This document shows positions 27,487 through 52,665 of a stretch of DNA of 64,000 nt, in pieces. The notes beneath the pieces are model-generated. The model searched no databases. It had not been told where the DNA came from and saw only the letters and a program-made list of their open reading frames with translations. A program made the translations under genes and the position numbers. Numbering within the stretch: position 1 is the stretch's first letter; each line of letters opens with the position of its first letter. The DNA comes from Chrysomallon squamiferum (Eukaryota; Animalia; Mollusca), in the NCBI GenBank assembly GCA_012295275.1, contig CM022676.1:2108001-2172000 (forward strand), read 5' to 3'.

Positions 27487-28353
27487 CTAAATGTACAGTG
27501 AATGAAAGAATAAAAATAAAAATGGCAAATGAACAGTTAACAATAATAGTATTATTATCGGTAGCAGTAGTACTAGTAGTAGCAGCCTCAGTATTGCTAG
27601 TAGTAGTTGTAGTAATAGTATTAGTAGCAAGTCCTCTAATAGGAGTAGCGTTGCTAGTAACAATACTGATAACAGAAATAGAAGTAGTCGAAACGTTGGA
27701 TGATACACAGCATTAATAATAAGGATTAATCGTGTTTTGTTACTGGGTCAGTTCCCAGTATCGGTCGCTGTTGTAGTAGTATCAACAGATGTAGCAGTGA
27801 CTGTAGCTGCTGTGTAAGTAGTTCTTGTAGAAATAGAAGTAATATTAGTTATATCTGTTTTAGTTGTTGTTTTTGTCATAGTAGTAGTTGTAGAAATCGA
27901 AACAACAGCAACAATTATTCTTATTGCATTTTATTTTTATCATAGAAACAGCAGTAGCAATTGCAATGATCGTACCTTAGACTGGGTAAATGTGGTAGAA
28001 AATGCAGTTGTGGAAGCTACTGTAGTTGTAGTGGTGATGAAAACATAGTTCTATTTCTTCTGTACACTTGAGACCAACACGGGCAGATCATGCTTTAGAT
28101 GAGGGGTTCCGAAACAATATGTAAATGTTTATAATTTGAAATTATGAATTATACAGTTTTTAATCTACTCACATTTCTTCGAATATCATTCAGAATGTGA
28201 GAAGTAGACACGTGGACATTTTATATATTTTATTTACTTACTGTTTAGCCTTCGGGGATTCCTTCTAACTGGGAAACCCCCACTAATCCGCCCCTATCCA
28301 GTGTATTTGACGATTTGTATTAAAATGTAGCAGATTTCTATACCGTCTAAATT

Positions 28354-28846
28354 AAGATGACGTTTCTCGTGATGACGTGTTTCTCAAGATGACGTGTGCT
28401 CGTGATGACGTGTTTCTCAAGATGACGTGTGCTCGTGATGACGTGTTTTTCAAGATGACGTGTGCTCGTAATGACGTGTTTTTCAAGATGACGTGTGCTC
28501 GTAATAACGTGTTTCTCAAGATGACGTGTGCTCGTGATGACGTGTTTCTCAAGATGACGTGTGCTCGTGATGACGTGTTTCTCAAGATGACGTGTTGCAC
28601 GTGATGACGTGTTTCTCAAGATGACGCGTGCTCGTGATGACGTGTTTCTCAAGATGACGTGTGCTCGTGATGACGTGTTTCTCAAGATGACGTGTTGCAC
28701 GTGATGACGTGTTTCTCAAGATGACGCGTGCTCGTGATGACGTGTTTCTCAAGATGACGCGTGCTCGTGATGACGTGTTTCTCAAGATGACGTGTTGCTC
28801 GTGATGACGTGTTTCTCAAGATGACGTGTTGCTCGTGATGATGTGC
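28354..28846. repeat. CpG-rich 33-34 bp minisatellite (about 15 units), each unit made of two GATGACGTGT-containing halves
   Basis: Unit ctcgtgatgacgtgtttctcaagatgacgtgtg; it produces the 11-aa periodic ORFs in the ORF track. Confidence 0.95.
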
Positions 28847-29871
28847 TTTTGTGATTATGTTCTTTATTTTTTTTTTTTTTTTTTTTTTTTAATGTTGATC
28901 TGCAATAAATCAAACACAAGCAGGCATATCTAAAACAGCTGGATTCAGGCTGATATCTCTGAAAATAGAAAAATGTACCACGTTATACCAGACCAGTATT
29001 CATATTTCTTAATCGACTTGTTCTAGATCAGCTTTGTTCATCGAGATATTTCTGAAAATATAAAAATTATACAACAATCAACCAGACTTGGAAACATGCT
29101 TATTCTGCAATTAACGAATCAATAATAAATGTGTAAATATAAGGGGGAAAAAAGTAGAAAATAAAACAAAAAATAAAAATAGAAATACGAAAAAAATAAA
29201 ATAAAATAAACGACAAATCCATACGATCAGTAAAAGGACTTAACAACTAATGAGAAACGAGAAATAGATTTACTTATAATCTTTTGAATATCAAAACGCC
29301 TTTGTGTGTGTTTTGTTAATATGTATTGGCCCGTTCACGTCGCAGATGTTTTTATTAGCAAATATAATTTAGAATTATCTTTTTATCATTCACTGTAAAT
29401 TGAAAATATGTGTAGACAAACTTTGTTTGCAGCAGTTAAGTGAAAATAAATTTAGGGGAACAGGTAAATAATGACGTTCTTTAAGTTAAATCGGATATTG
29501 TTAGTATTTCAATTATTGATGAGTTTTAATTGTTATGGATGTATTGGAGCATGTGTGTCTGTTTCTGTATTTGTGCTGAGAACAGATATAACGTGTGTGT
29601 ATATGTGTGTATGTATGGAGTTATTTTGCATGGTTAACAGCTGAAGAAAGAAACAGAAACAGATATAGATAGAGAGATAAAAAGATATCAACTTCCAGTT
29701 AATATTATTTAACTAAACTGTCGTTTCTAAAGTAATAAATAAAATAAGAAACAATCAAAGAAATAATAAATAAATAAATAAATAAATAAATAAACTGAAA
29801 TGAATGAAAGGATAAAAAAAAAAAAAAAAGAAAAAAAGAACGAAAGAAAGAAATTGTAATGACGTCATCAG

Positions 29872-29960
<89 letters not shown>

Positions 29961-30680
29961 TATTTCTCTGATTCTACTTTTCTAATACTTTTGCTTTCAT
30001 CAATCTCTTTAGAATAAAATAGATTGTACTTCACGGTTCTTCCATTGTTCTGCCACCGTTCTCTTATTAAGCCTATAGAATGTTGGTAATTTAATTAGCC
30101 AAACAGCTGTCTGACATCGAGAAGGATTTGTGACATCAACATGTAAACAATTAAACCCGCTCTACTTTATGCATCAGAAACGACAGTTCATGATCCGGAA
30201 GTGACACATCGCCTGATAATATGATCACGTGATGTCTTTATCCGCTTTTAACAGTCTGTCTGCATGAGGAAGTCATATTCAAGTCGTAACTGACAATTTT
30301 ATTGTCTGTACAGTCAAAAACATCCGGAATGTCTATAATTAACTACCTTGTTTATCTATCCATGCAGAAAATAAGCTACTTAACAATAAGTTAAGACGTA
30401 CTCATACTGTAACGTATGTCAATACTGATATGATGTACTTTATAGACGTCATCACAGCTGATATTTATAATGAAATAAAATAAATAAAAATACCAATAAA
30501 AATAAATTAAAGAAATGAAATCAAATAGCACAGGTATTTTGAAATATAAAAAATATATATTATTTATGACAATGTATATACACACATACATATATTACAT
30601 ATACACACACACACACACACACGCACACACATGCATACATATTGAATATATACTCATACATACGTTTATCTCTTACAGAT

Positions 30681-31155
30681 TCAACGACTAAACCTACTTT
30701 TACACTTGAACTGTGGATCACTCCAGGTGCCATCAGCCTGGCACTGTGATATGTTTAAGCCGCCATCGTAGACGTGGTCGTTGTCACAGCGGTAAGTAAC
30801 CACAGAAGGGTATGCCGTATATCGAACGGTAACAATGGCGCCATCAGTGACGTGAAAGCCAAGTCCGCAGTCGACAGCTACAACGTAGATGAAAATAGAA
30901 GTCGAACAAGTATGTAATGAGTACGTACGTTAATAACCAGTACACACACAAACACACGCACGCACGCACACACACCACACACTCACACAATATATATATA
31001 TATATATAACCATTACACACACAAACATATGCACGGACGCACGCACGCACACACACCACACACATATATATATATATGAAGTTGTAAAAATGTGCGGTTT
31101 TTTAAACGTGTTTAACTGAATATAATTATGTACATAAAGGAGACTGTTTTATCTG

Positions 31156-31193
<38 letters not shown>

Positions 31194-31557
31194 ACACACG
31201 GATATACAAGTATACACCAGTGATGTCAGTTTCTCGCTCTATCGAAGATTCTTATAAATTCTCTCTCTGTGATATTCAGGGACATACTCTTCATACATAT
31301 ATACACATTTTATACTTATACGATGTGTGTGTGTGTGTGTCTGTGTGTATGTGTGTCTGTGTGTCTGTGTGTCTGTACCTTCACAATTCAGATTCGGATC
31401 CGACCATCGTTTATCAGTTCCACACACTGAAGTGTTGTATCCGCTAACGTAGTTGTATCCCAGGAGACACGAGTATGATACTATAGATGATACTGTAGTG
31501 GATGAGAATAAGAAACTTGCTCCGTGTATAGCAATAGGAAAACCACAGCTAGTGTCT

Positions 31558-31604
<47 letters not shown>

Positions 31605-32146
31605 GATAATAATAATAATAATAATAACGATAATGATAATAATGATAATGATGATGATGATGATGAATAATGAATGATAATAATAATAATAACAAATGAT
31701 GATAATTTTAGTAAACATAATAATAATAAACCTTGATTTTGTATATTGGATCATGCATACTAAATTTGACACTCTGGATTCGCCGAGTAATCTAAATATA
31801 TTCTACATTCTCCTAACTTATATTAAATTTGTTTTTTTTTTGTGCAGCTATGGTTTCACAACACTTGACGCATTGTCAGAAAAAATACATCTGACATTGT
31901 GTCATTCAGATTGATTGACTGAATATGTGCGAACATTTTGAAAATTAATTTGAAAGGTTATAAAATGTGATTAATGCGTCTACTTTCATCCTTTGTCTGG
32001 AATTTCCCTGAACCGAGACTGTAATAATGTAGCTGATTCAGCACTGTATTACTTAAGGCATTAAATGTATATGTATGTATGTGTTTGTATATGTGTGTGT
32101 GTGTGTGTGTATGTGTGTGTGTGTTATATATATATGTATATATATA

Positions 32147-32191
<45 letters not shown>

Positions 32192-32278
32192 TGTCATCAT
32201 TATTACTATAAACATCATCTTCATAATCACAATCATCATTTTACCTCTACCACCACTTTATAACAACTACTACTACTA

Positions 32279-32328
<50 letters not shown>

Positions 32329-32710
32329 ATTACTACTATTACTGCTACGTGTTACTATTACTGGTACTGCGATTATTGCTACTGCTGTTAGTATTATTAG
32401 TATTACCTGGACTGGGAATGGCTATGAATGCTTCAGTTGTGTTACTCCCGTTTCCCGGTGTGTCAGTTTGAACATCACAGAAAATTGAGCAGTTTCCATT
32501 TTCATCGTATTTAATCAAGACACAGCTCGATTCATCTGTGCACTTCTTGGCGCAGTACAGACGACTAGGAACCAACCCATTCCACAGAAAACAGTCAGAC
32601 GTGAGCGACGACTGCAGTTCAGACACCTCGAAGAAAACTTTTTCGTTCCATGAAAAGAGTTCTGATAGATGAAGAATAGATATAACGTAAAGTGGTATCA
32701 GAGCTTTCAT
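30681..32710 (-). CDS. Gene A: secreted PAN/Apple-Sushi-Sushi protein; complement(join(30681..30877,31379..31555,32407..32710)), ~225 aa
   Basis: Signal MKALIPLYVISILHL, PAN-like SRLYCAKKCTDESSCVLIKYDENGNCSIFC. Two phase-1 CCP exons: SCGFP..YSCLLGY..SVCGTDKRWSDPNLNC and DCGLG..YRCDNDH..SQCQADGTWSDPQFKC. The 3' end is uncertain because of an alternative donor at 30697. Confidence 0.82.
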
Positions 32711-33551
32711 TGTGTGAAAGAAACTACAGCAAAACTGAACTGGGTGAAGCACTTATCTGTCTGATACCGTTCAAAACTTATGTCTCTGTTTTCTTTCAGA
32801 TTTAGGTTTTATAAGGATTTCTAATTGTACAGATGAAGTCATTTTATTGCTGTATTTCTTACAGAAGAATGATTTTTACCGATTTCTTTTCATAAGAGTG
32901 TTTTTCCTTTTTATGTTTTCCTTCCCGAAGAATGGGCGTGAGCGACTGATGAGAATCACAAAGGATTTACTACATCGGACACAGATCAAAATGAACGTAA
33001 TTAATCATGGATAGGAAAAAGAATATTGGAATGATTGATTTTTTGTTGTCACACTTAAGAAAAGCACGGTGCACGCTATTATTTGATATGAGATCTAATC
33101 AGAAAAGAGAAAAGCGACGCACACTTTATTATATGATATCAGACTGTACTCAAACAGTTCTACAAAACTACGATTTCATACTCTGCATGAGCACGACACG
33201 AACACATTGTCTTCGTTTTTTGATTTCTGCAGCTTTGTTTATGAATTAGACTCCATTCGTGTTTTTATTTCAATCTAATTGTTCATCTCATAATTGGTTT
33301 CTTTCACCACTAACGTCCTGAAATAATCCTGATATAATTCTATGTGAGTGTGTAACTGAGGTAGCATTGTGTACGAGTGTATGTGTGTAGTTGTGAATAT
33401 AATTATATATATATATACCGACGGGTTTCGAACTTATGGCTCTCTGTCGCCTGTAACCCCTAGATAAGAGAGAGATAAAATATCAGTCTAACCAACACAT
33501 AACAAAAACATAACTGATTCTCTCAAGATAATTAATTCAGCTAATAAGGAA

Positions 33552-33582
<31 letters not shown>

Positions 33583-33925
33583 AAATAATTATTAAAAAAA
33601 TAATAATAACATAAAAAGAAAAGAAAAAGAAAGAGTAATAAAAACCCGGCAGCTTCTGTTATTTCTGATTTTATTGCTAAACTAGTGAACAGACGAACAG
33701 AAACCGTCTATAACAACAATATTATCAAGATAGGTTCAAGGGAAGTAATCTTCGTTGTCCAATATATTGAATTATTTGTGTGAAAATGTAACACAGTTAA
33801 CTCCCCTGAGGCCCCAAACAAAATGTTTGTGTCGAGAGATTTAAATTGTGTTTGTAGAGTGTTACGTAACTGTAGTGGATCATTTATATATATATATAAA
33901 ATACAGAAAACAAAACAAACTCAAA

Positions 33926-33961
<36 letters not shown>

Positions 33962-34059
33962 AATAAATAATTAATTAATTTATTTATTAATTTATTAATT
34001 AATTAATTAATTAATATGATTTGCATATGATATATTTACCATCACAGTAATCGTCATAA

Positions 34060-34112
<53 letters not shown>

Positions 34113-34819
34113 GTTGTTGTTGTTGTTGTGTTGTGTTATGTTTGTTATGTTTCTAATTGTTAATTAATTAGTTTATGCTCGGTTTTAATGACTGTGTTGT
34201 TTAAAGTATCTTTGTTTATATATTTATTTTAGTTATTTATCATTCGTTGTTTCACGTGAGTTAGTTAGTTATGTACTGAAGAGAAAACTTGTTTACGTCT
34301 CTCATCATTGAACAAAACTGTGCAGGTATCGACGTGTTTGTCAGTTTATGACGAAACAAATAGTTATTTATAAAAAGTCTATATCAGAGCTTTCTGGGTC
34401 AGCTGACTCCATTACATGTTCTGTGTTAAAGTGATTTGAAGCAATTCTGAAATTTGTCTTTGTTTTTACCTGAACGGTTATGCATAGCGATGCCTGTAGC
34501 ATATTTTTTTGTTATTTTTATTATTATTATTTTTGTATTATAGTTGTTGAACAAACAAATAATCAAACAAACAAACAAACCAAAATAAAAAATTCAAAAA
34601 AAAACAAAAAATAAAAATAAATAAAATAAAATAAAAATAAACAAAAATGAATAAAAATATAAACAAACAAATAAATAGACACATAAACCATCAACGAAAC
34701 AAAGAAATAATAATAAAACATTAAAACTAAATAAATAAACAGACAAACAAACAAGCAAACAAATAATAATAAGACTATCGAGTGAATTTGTCCAAACATT
34801 CTGATTTTAATTATAATGC

Positions 34820-35220
34820 TATGTCTACTGATCTACAGTGTCATGCAATATCTACTGATTTTCAGTATTATGTAATGTCCACTGATTTTCATTATCATGT
34901 TATGTCTATTGATTTTCATTAGTGTGTTGAGTGTATTGATTTTCAATATAATGTGCAGTTTCTATTTAACTTCAGTATCACTGTGTTATCAGTGTATGTT
35001 TTCAGTAAAACGTGCAATGTCTGTTTTCAGTAAAATGTGCAATGTCTGTTTTCAGTAAAATGTATGTTGATTTTCAGTATCAACGAGTGCTGACTTACTT
35101 TTCGGTACAGTGAACGTACAATGTCTACTGAGTCTTAGTATAATGCACAGTTGTTGTTGTGTTCAGTATAGTCCGAATGTATAATGTCTACTGAACGTGC
35201 AGTACAATGTGCAGTGTCAT
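34820..35220. repeat. Degenerate ~28 bp minisatellite (tgcaatgtctactgattttcagtat-like)
   Basis: Recurrent atgtctactga / ttttcagta motifs at roughly regular spacing. Confidence 0.6.
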
Positions 35221-35949
35221 CTTACTGTTAAATAAATTATACAATACAATCATATTTATTGTGCAATAAAATGTTCAGTAGCTTGTATAATATTTCCTGA
35301 TTGTTCAACACGACATACAAAGACTGTTTCGTACACTATTCATTACGTATTAACTGTGCATTAAAAATTAAGCAATATCAGATGAATCTAAGTAATTTGT
35401 GCAGACTGTGCATTGTTATGTGCAGCATCTGTTCAACATGCAGCTCAGAATACAGAATATATTGATTTTGCAGCAAGGGAGCCCGAAGTGCCTACTGTTG
35501 TTACATCACTCTGCATTTCCTCAGTAATTATGACAACATTTCGATCGAATTGAAAAGTATAAGTAGCAAACCGTGTTTTAGATCGTCGTATTCATTTTAT
35601 GTAAGACGATGCTGTGAATAACAGAATTTCATAAAACAACTCGCCGATCACTACAACTTCTGATATAGAAAACTTCGCTCAAAGAAACACAAAAATAAAA
35701 CAGTTCTCCATACAGCACAAAGTATCTGACCGCTGAGATATCTGTTTAGTACAATGTGATTCTCACAGGTATAATAGGTACTCGATATCATTTTCATGAT
35801 TTTCAAAGATTCAATATTTTTATTTTAAATGTACATGGTCTAGAGGGTTATTAATGTTTTTTTTTTATGTTTGTTTGTTTTTTTTGTTTTTTTGTTGTTG
35901 TTTTTTGGGGGTTTTAAAACGTTTTTTGAGTTATTATATTACAAAATAA

Positions 35950-36175
35950 TATACTATAAAAAAGTGATATTTCATTTATTACACAAAAAATTGATGTTAA
36001 ATTTATTACACCAAAAAGTGATGTTAAATATATTACAAAAAAAGTGATGTTAAATTTATTACACAAGAAATGAAATTACACTTACAACAAAAAAAAGTGA
36101 TATTTCAGTTATTACAAAAATTAATATTTCAATTATTACAAAAAAACTATATTTCCTTTATTACACAAAACGTCA
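35950..36175. repeat. Degenerate ~27-28 bp tandem repeat (ttattacacaaaaaagtgatgttaaat-like)
   Basis: Repeated ttattaca(c)aaaaa..gtgat motif. Confidence 0.65.
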
Positions 36176-37947
36176 TATTACGAGTATATCATTACATTAT
36201 GTGGCAATATAACAAAGATTCAAATTTCACAATCCACAGTTTTAGCACTTTGTCTCGTAAATATGAAACGCAGACCTTTGTCTTATCACATCACTAAAAA
36301 CACAGATACGTCTGTCGTTGTATCATTTCATTCACTAGAATCTCAGATACACCGTTATATTCTGTATCATTTTCAAGTCATGAGCATACGTATCCCGAAA
36401 ATCGACGGCTTAATGAAAATAGTGAGAATCTGTTATAATTTTTTTTTTTTTTTTTTTTTATGACTTTTATTTCATGCTATGGCTTGGACTCAGCCTTGTT
36501 TGAGCTTTTCTACTAATAACGAATGTAATAAAAATATAATAAACTAATAAAATTATTTTGCATGTAGTTGTGTCGATTTTGAAAGATTTTGAAAACTAAT
36601 ATTAAGTGATCATAAGAAAGTTAGTTATACTGTTATACCTAATTTCAAAACATGACAGTAAAAAGTAACATGTTTTAAACATCATTTAGCACAGCAGTTA
36701 AACAAAAAAAAAGAAGAAGAAGAAGAAGAAAAAAGTAATAAAGCAAGTTTATGAGTACTCAAAGGATTTTCAAATCTGATGGTTCCGAAACTCGGTAAAA
36801 GCGGATAAATTAATTTGAAACTCATTCATACTTTTAAATACTAATCTGATTTTATTTCTACAGCTGTACTGACAGATCTGTACTCTGCTTAGTTCGGTAT
36901 TTCATTTAATCATTTTAATTTACCTTTAAAATTTGCTTAAATTTCTAAATGTTCATGGTGATTCAGAGACATTTACAGTCGCAGAGTTTAGTTCTTGGAA
37001 ATGTATTATTGATTTGTTAATAAAGCACCTCTTTTAAATCCAGAAAACATGATAATCTAGAATGACTCCGGAACAAGGAGTTTTGAAAATATTTTGTGAC
37101 CTTGTAACATGCATTAAACATTTAGTTTGAAACAGATTAAGCATGAAAAAAACTGATAATAATTTTAAAAACAGGATACAACAGTCAGTATTTACATCTT
37201 CACGGATATAAACACTACATGTAAACTCACTGATCTCACACTGAATTATCTTTCAATTTCAAGTGGTGATGTAGTCATACAGTTACCAGATGACTTAACC
37301 TGATAGTTTTAGATTTTTTTATTTCATTTTTTATTTTTATTATTATTTTGTTGTTGTTGTTGTGTGCATTTTGCTCTTGTAACTTTATATCGGTTCTAGG
37401 TGGATTCTAAGTTAACCAGTTATTGAACTGTTTTAAGCTGATAGATTTTTCGAAATTTTTGTGCATATTCATTTGATCTTCAGATCATGAATTACTCTAA
37501 AATTAAACAAAATTGATTAATTTACAAAAAAAAAAAAATGAAAGAAATTCTTAGTTTTTTCGTTCTGACGATGGTTTTGTTTTCTTAACCGATCTTTCAA
37601 ACCAATCTCCGCAAAAAATTCGATTAAGTGTTTAGTTCAAGATATTTGCACTGATCTTAAAATAAATGTAATGACTCTACTCATAAAACTTTTATTTTTT
37701 TAAATTTTATTACTAAAAAAAAAGAAGAAAAAATCTTTATTTTAGTCACAAAGTCTGTCACTATTTTTGAGATATTAAAGATCCGCAGCTTGTACATAAA
37801 TTTATTGATTTGTTTAAACAGGATGCAAGAAGTAATCAACTTTTATTAAATAACAGTTCAAATTAATAAAGAAAGAAAGAGTTAACTTGTCATACAATTT
37901 TAATTATAATGTGTAGCGTTAACTTTTAGCAACATCAAGATAGAGAG

Positions 37948-38077
<130 letters not shown>

Positions 38078-38771
38078 CATACACATAATTCTCAGTGTAA
38101 TACTGACGTCCTATAAAGTCAAACCAAATAATTGCTTTTAACTAAATGAAATATTTACGTTTTAATATCATTATAATTTTTAAAAATAAATTTGATAATT
38201 CAGTATTTTTAAGAAGTCCGCACAAAAGACTGTTTATATACTTTCAGTATTTTCAGTTTAAATATTTAATGAAAAACAAGCAATTAGTCCTAAACACTCA
38301 CACAAACAATTACATCACAAAGGAATTTCACGCAATTACTACATTTTAAGATTTTGTCATATCATATAATTTCAGATTGTCTGTATTTGCACAGGGGTAT
38401 CTCCTCTTAATGAAACATAATAAGACCCGGAAAGAAACAAATTCTCAAAATTTGTATTCAGCTGATTTTTAGAAAATTCGTTTTCTCCTTTTATGTATGC
38501 ATGTCTGTATGTATGTATGTATGTATGTATGTATGTATGTATGTATGTATGTATGTATGTATGTATGTATGTATGTATGTATGTATGTATGTATGTATGT
38601 ATGTATGTATGTATGTATGTATGTATGTATGTATGTGTGTATGTGTGTATGTATGTATGTATGTATGTATGTATGTATATATGTATGTATGTATGTATGT
38701 ATATGTATGTGTGTGTGTATGTCTGTGTGTATGTATGTGTGCGTCTGTGTGTATATATATATATATATACA

Positions 38772-38802
<31 letters not shown>

Positions 38803-38950
38803 CATACATACCTATACACGTGAAGACGGGTATGTGTGCGTTCGCAAAGCACGCACGTTCGAGTGCAGGTCAGTGGTTGCTTATGTATATTAGTTAATAT
38901 AAACGTGTCTGTATAACACACAACAACATAGACAGAAGTATGTAAGTGTC

Positions 38951-48452
<9,502 letters not shown>

Positions 48453-49118
48453 TTCTAAATGACAGATACTTTTTTTTTTCTATTCACTAATATCAGTTTA
48501 ACTGTCGCCGCTTTTTATAGCAACCTTTCAGCGTGGAAGTTAAAAAGAGAATTATAAATAAAAAATCAGTGATTTGAAAAATAAAGTGATTCACTGAAGA
48601 TAGGTAAATAATCGATTAACTCTTTCTCTTTCTCGTTATTATTTTTAAAAAGGACTTTATGTGTCCGTGTAAAAGACGAATGTGTAGACTAATAACTGGA
48701 TAATCTATATCTAAATGCTATTACTCTTTGTTTGAGCAGTAAAGTACACAATACAATCTTATATACGATTACCTATTTGTGTTAGTATTGAGAAAATCTT
48801 AGCAGTAATAGAAAGGAGGCTGGTGTTGTTGTTTTTTTATCGATAAATCTATTGTTACCGTTTGATATTCTTTGCATATTATAAACATATTTCATAATTA
48901 GCAACAGTAGACAGGCGGAGAAAGAAACAAACTGAAACTCGCTTCAAACGTGTATCTACATATCTATATCACACGCACAACGTGCATAACACAAAACATA
49001 ACACACACACACAAAAACATATTTATGTAAGGACACTTTCATTCTCAAGTGGATAAATACACAATCTCTATTACATATACGTAAGCTGGTACATACACAC
49101 ACACACACACACAAGATT

Positions 49119-49433
49119 GTCCTGATTGCCGAACGGTGACGTCATCCGCCTTCGGAGTGCGGGCGAATGGGTGTCATACGTTCGAGTCTCGTCAGCGGCA
49201 TCTGACGGGTTTGTGTGGTCGTGATTGAAATTGACCTCATGCGCCAGTGCGTACCCGAATATTGTCTATGTGCAGAGCCTAATCACATATATATATATAT
49301 TAAATATATATCAGTTCTGTTTAGATTATTCTGGATTACCTGTGTGGAAAATAGCAAACTTCTGCTTTCCTGTAAGAGTAGTCATTGTTGAATTTAACCA
49401 AACAAAGTTTGAATAAAAAAAAAAAAAAAAAAA
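49119..49433 (+). mobile_element. Probable tRNA-derived SINE
   Basis: GC-rich island with A-box-like ttgccgaacggt (~49126) and B-box gttcgagtc (49180..49188), about 300 bp long, ending in a poly(A) run at ~49415..49433. Confidence 0.5.
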
Positions 49434-49773
49434 TATATTTTAACATTTTCTTTTTATGTGTATGTTAGTGAGTACCCCATTAAAGAATTTGTTTTTCAAA
49501 ATTATTTTATTTATTTATTTTTATTTTTAAATGATTTATGACAAGAGCCAGAATGAATGCAACTATTTACGGACTGAGAAAAGAGATCAACCTAGTTTTT
49601 GTTCATACTGTGTTATGTCCAGATGTCTTTCTGAAATATTACCTATCAAATAGCCATCGATTTATTGGATAAATAATTCCAGATAGCGAAGTGAGATATG
49701 TCAACGTCCTGCGTGATGAACTGACCAAAACGAAAATCAAGAAAGAAAGAAAGAGCAAGATAGAAAGGTTAAA

Positions 49774-49832
<59 letters not shown>

Positions 49833-51466
49833 ATAATAATAATAATAATAATAATAACAATAATAATAATAATAATTTTAAAAGCCTTAAAAATAAAAAA
49901 TAATGGTAATGTAAATATATCACACACACACAAACACACACACACACACAACATACACACACATACACACACATACAGAAATACTAAAAATAAATTTTAA
50001 TAAGAAAAATTATTGATTAAATGATGGAGCATAAAATTTAATTTACTCAAGTAATTTTCAGTCAATAAATAATATTGAAGAAGCATGTTTGAAATCAAAC
50101 TGTGACGGAACATGAAAGGACATTTCTTAAAAGTCGTATTGATGTAGCTGATATCTTAATGTCAGGTTTACGTAAACAAATCCACACAAACAGACACGAC
50201 GCACAAACAAACATAAACAGATCCATACAGACACTAATTTATCATTATATAACAAACCTCTAGACAGACACACACACAAACACATATATAATTATATACC
50301 TATAATAGAACATATACAAAATACCACACATACACGCACACCCGCGCACCCATACGCACACACAATTACAAAAATACACATAGTGAAACGTACACTCATA
50401 AAACTCCAAAGATACACTCTGTTGGCTGCTTCTTACAAATCTTTAATTGTTGTTGCTGCGTTTTGCACATTAATACGTACAACCACTAACACATACACAC
50501 ACGCACACGCACACATGCACATGCACACGCACATGCACACAGACATATATACATACTCATGTAGGTACAACAGTTCTTCCATCATCCCGTTACTTTACTA
50601 GACTATCACTTGGTCAACCAAGTACGCAGTATTCCGAAATCCATAACAAGAAATCTAAGTGCATTCGATACATATACATATATAGCTTATTCACTTGGCT
50701 GACCAGGAAACCCGTCAATAATGTTTTTATTTTTTATTTCTTTTCTTTTTGCTTTCTTATTTCTTTTTACAGCAACAAGCAGGAAATCTTGGTCAATCAA
50801 CCAAATTAGTCGTGTGAGCGTTTATTGTAAAATTGACAGCTCGTTTGGCAAATTATGACGTTACGGATGGCAAAGATGTATGTCAGAATATAATAATAAT
50901 AAAAAAACAATAATACATTATTATGAATCGGTGCTGAAATGAGGTCACTAATTTCGTTCATACTTCAGTGAATTTAATTTAGAAGTTCTTTCATACATGA
51001 CTGTATCCTTCATTAAGTTATACATGTCACTAAAATAACACGTGACTGTAAGCAGGATATGGTTCATTAAATTATACGTCAATCTGAAATAGGTTAATTC
51101 TTTCTTTCTTTCTTCTTCTTCTTCTTCTTCTTCTTCTTCTTCTTCTTCTTCTTCTTCTTCTTCTTTTTTATCATCATCATCATCATCATCATCGTCATCA
51201 TCCTACAACGACTGTAATTATTTATTGTTTAATGTTTTCAGATAACAGCGCAAAAGCAAAGAACGTTATGCAGTGACTATGAATTGAATATCAATATGGA
51301 TATCAAGTGTGTCTTGCATATTTCCAATCAGTATCACGTAATTAACTATTAATAATGTTAATACCTTCTTATCTTTATATAGTTTTTCTTTCTTCATATT
51401 AGTAGTAGTAGTAGTAGAAAACCGGTAGTAATAAGAACAACCTTACTTTAATAACAAAAAAATAAT

Positions 51467-51507
<41 letters not shown>

Positions 51508-51696
51508 TATTATTATTGTTGTTGTTGTTAACTGAGCAATTTATTTGAAGATGTCTGTGACATCTGTTTTCAGCTGAACTGGTTTTCTAACATTTTCTGG
51601 TACAGAGTTAACTCAGAATGTCAAGTGTGTCTTGTATAGTTCTACTGCTTACCACGTAATGAACTGTTTATACCGCTAATAGTTTTACTTTCTTTG

Positions 51697-51756
<60 letters not shown>

Positions 51757-52570
51757 GTTGTTCTTGTTTCTTCTTCTTCTTCTTCTTCTTATTATTCTTA
51801 TTATTATTAGTGGTAATATCATCAGCATCTTCATTATCATTATTTATTTATTTAATTCATTGTATTTTTTTCTACTCTTTATTACGTTGCTGGTGCTGTT
51901 GTAAATGTTACAGTTTTATTATTGTTGGTTTCGCTGTTGTTTTAATATGGTTGTTGTTCTAGATGTCGCTATTATTATTTAAAAATTGTTTATACCGCTA
52001 ATTATTATGTTGTTATTATTTTCTTATCGTTGTTCTTGTAATTATTACTATTATGATGATGATGATGATGATGCTTATAATTACTGTTGTTGTTGTTGCT
52101 GTTAGTGTTGTTGTTTTAGTTGTTGTTGTCGTCGTGATAAAACCTATAAGTAATAAGACTTTTTTTTTCAAAATATTTCTAAATTGACGATACCTATGAA
52201 ACTTTGATGAAGCACAATCAATAATTATTGTAATAAACAATTATCTGTAATTATTTTAACAATAATGTGCAAATGGATCAATTGGAACTGATTGATTTTT
52301 ACTGGAAATGAGCATATTCAGTATTTTCAGATCTCCAGCAGGATGCGTCGCCATAAAGTGACTACTTCCGTGGTTCACGATTCGTGATGAATGCGTCACG
52401 GTGCAATGAGCAGACAAAGAGCAATGACAACAAAAGTGTCACGAGAACTGCTTCGGTGATCACACACACAGAAAGTACAATTATTTGTAATAATCATAGC
52501 TATTACTGTTAATACGAGGAATATCTCTAGATCATCACAGAGAGATGGAGGGAGGGAGGGAGGGAGGGAG

Positions 52571-52665
<95 letters not shown>

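Noticed and set aside
28347-28785. ORFs with 11-aa repeats (HVILRNTSSRA / TRHLEKHVITS)
   Set aside because: Translations of the minisatellite in several frames; 34-bp units break the frame and there is no splice context.
49119-49200. Functional tRNA gene
   Set aside because: A/B boxes are present, but I could not build a convincing cloverleaf, and the downstream body plus poly(A) fit a SINE better.
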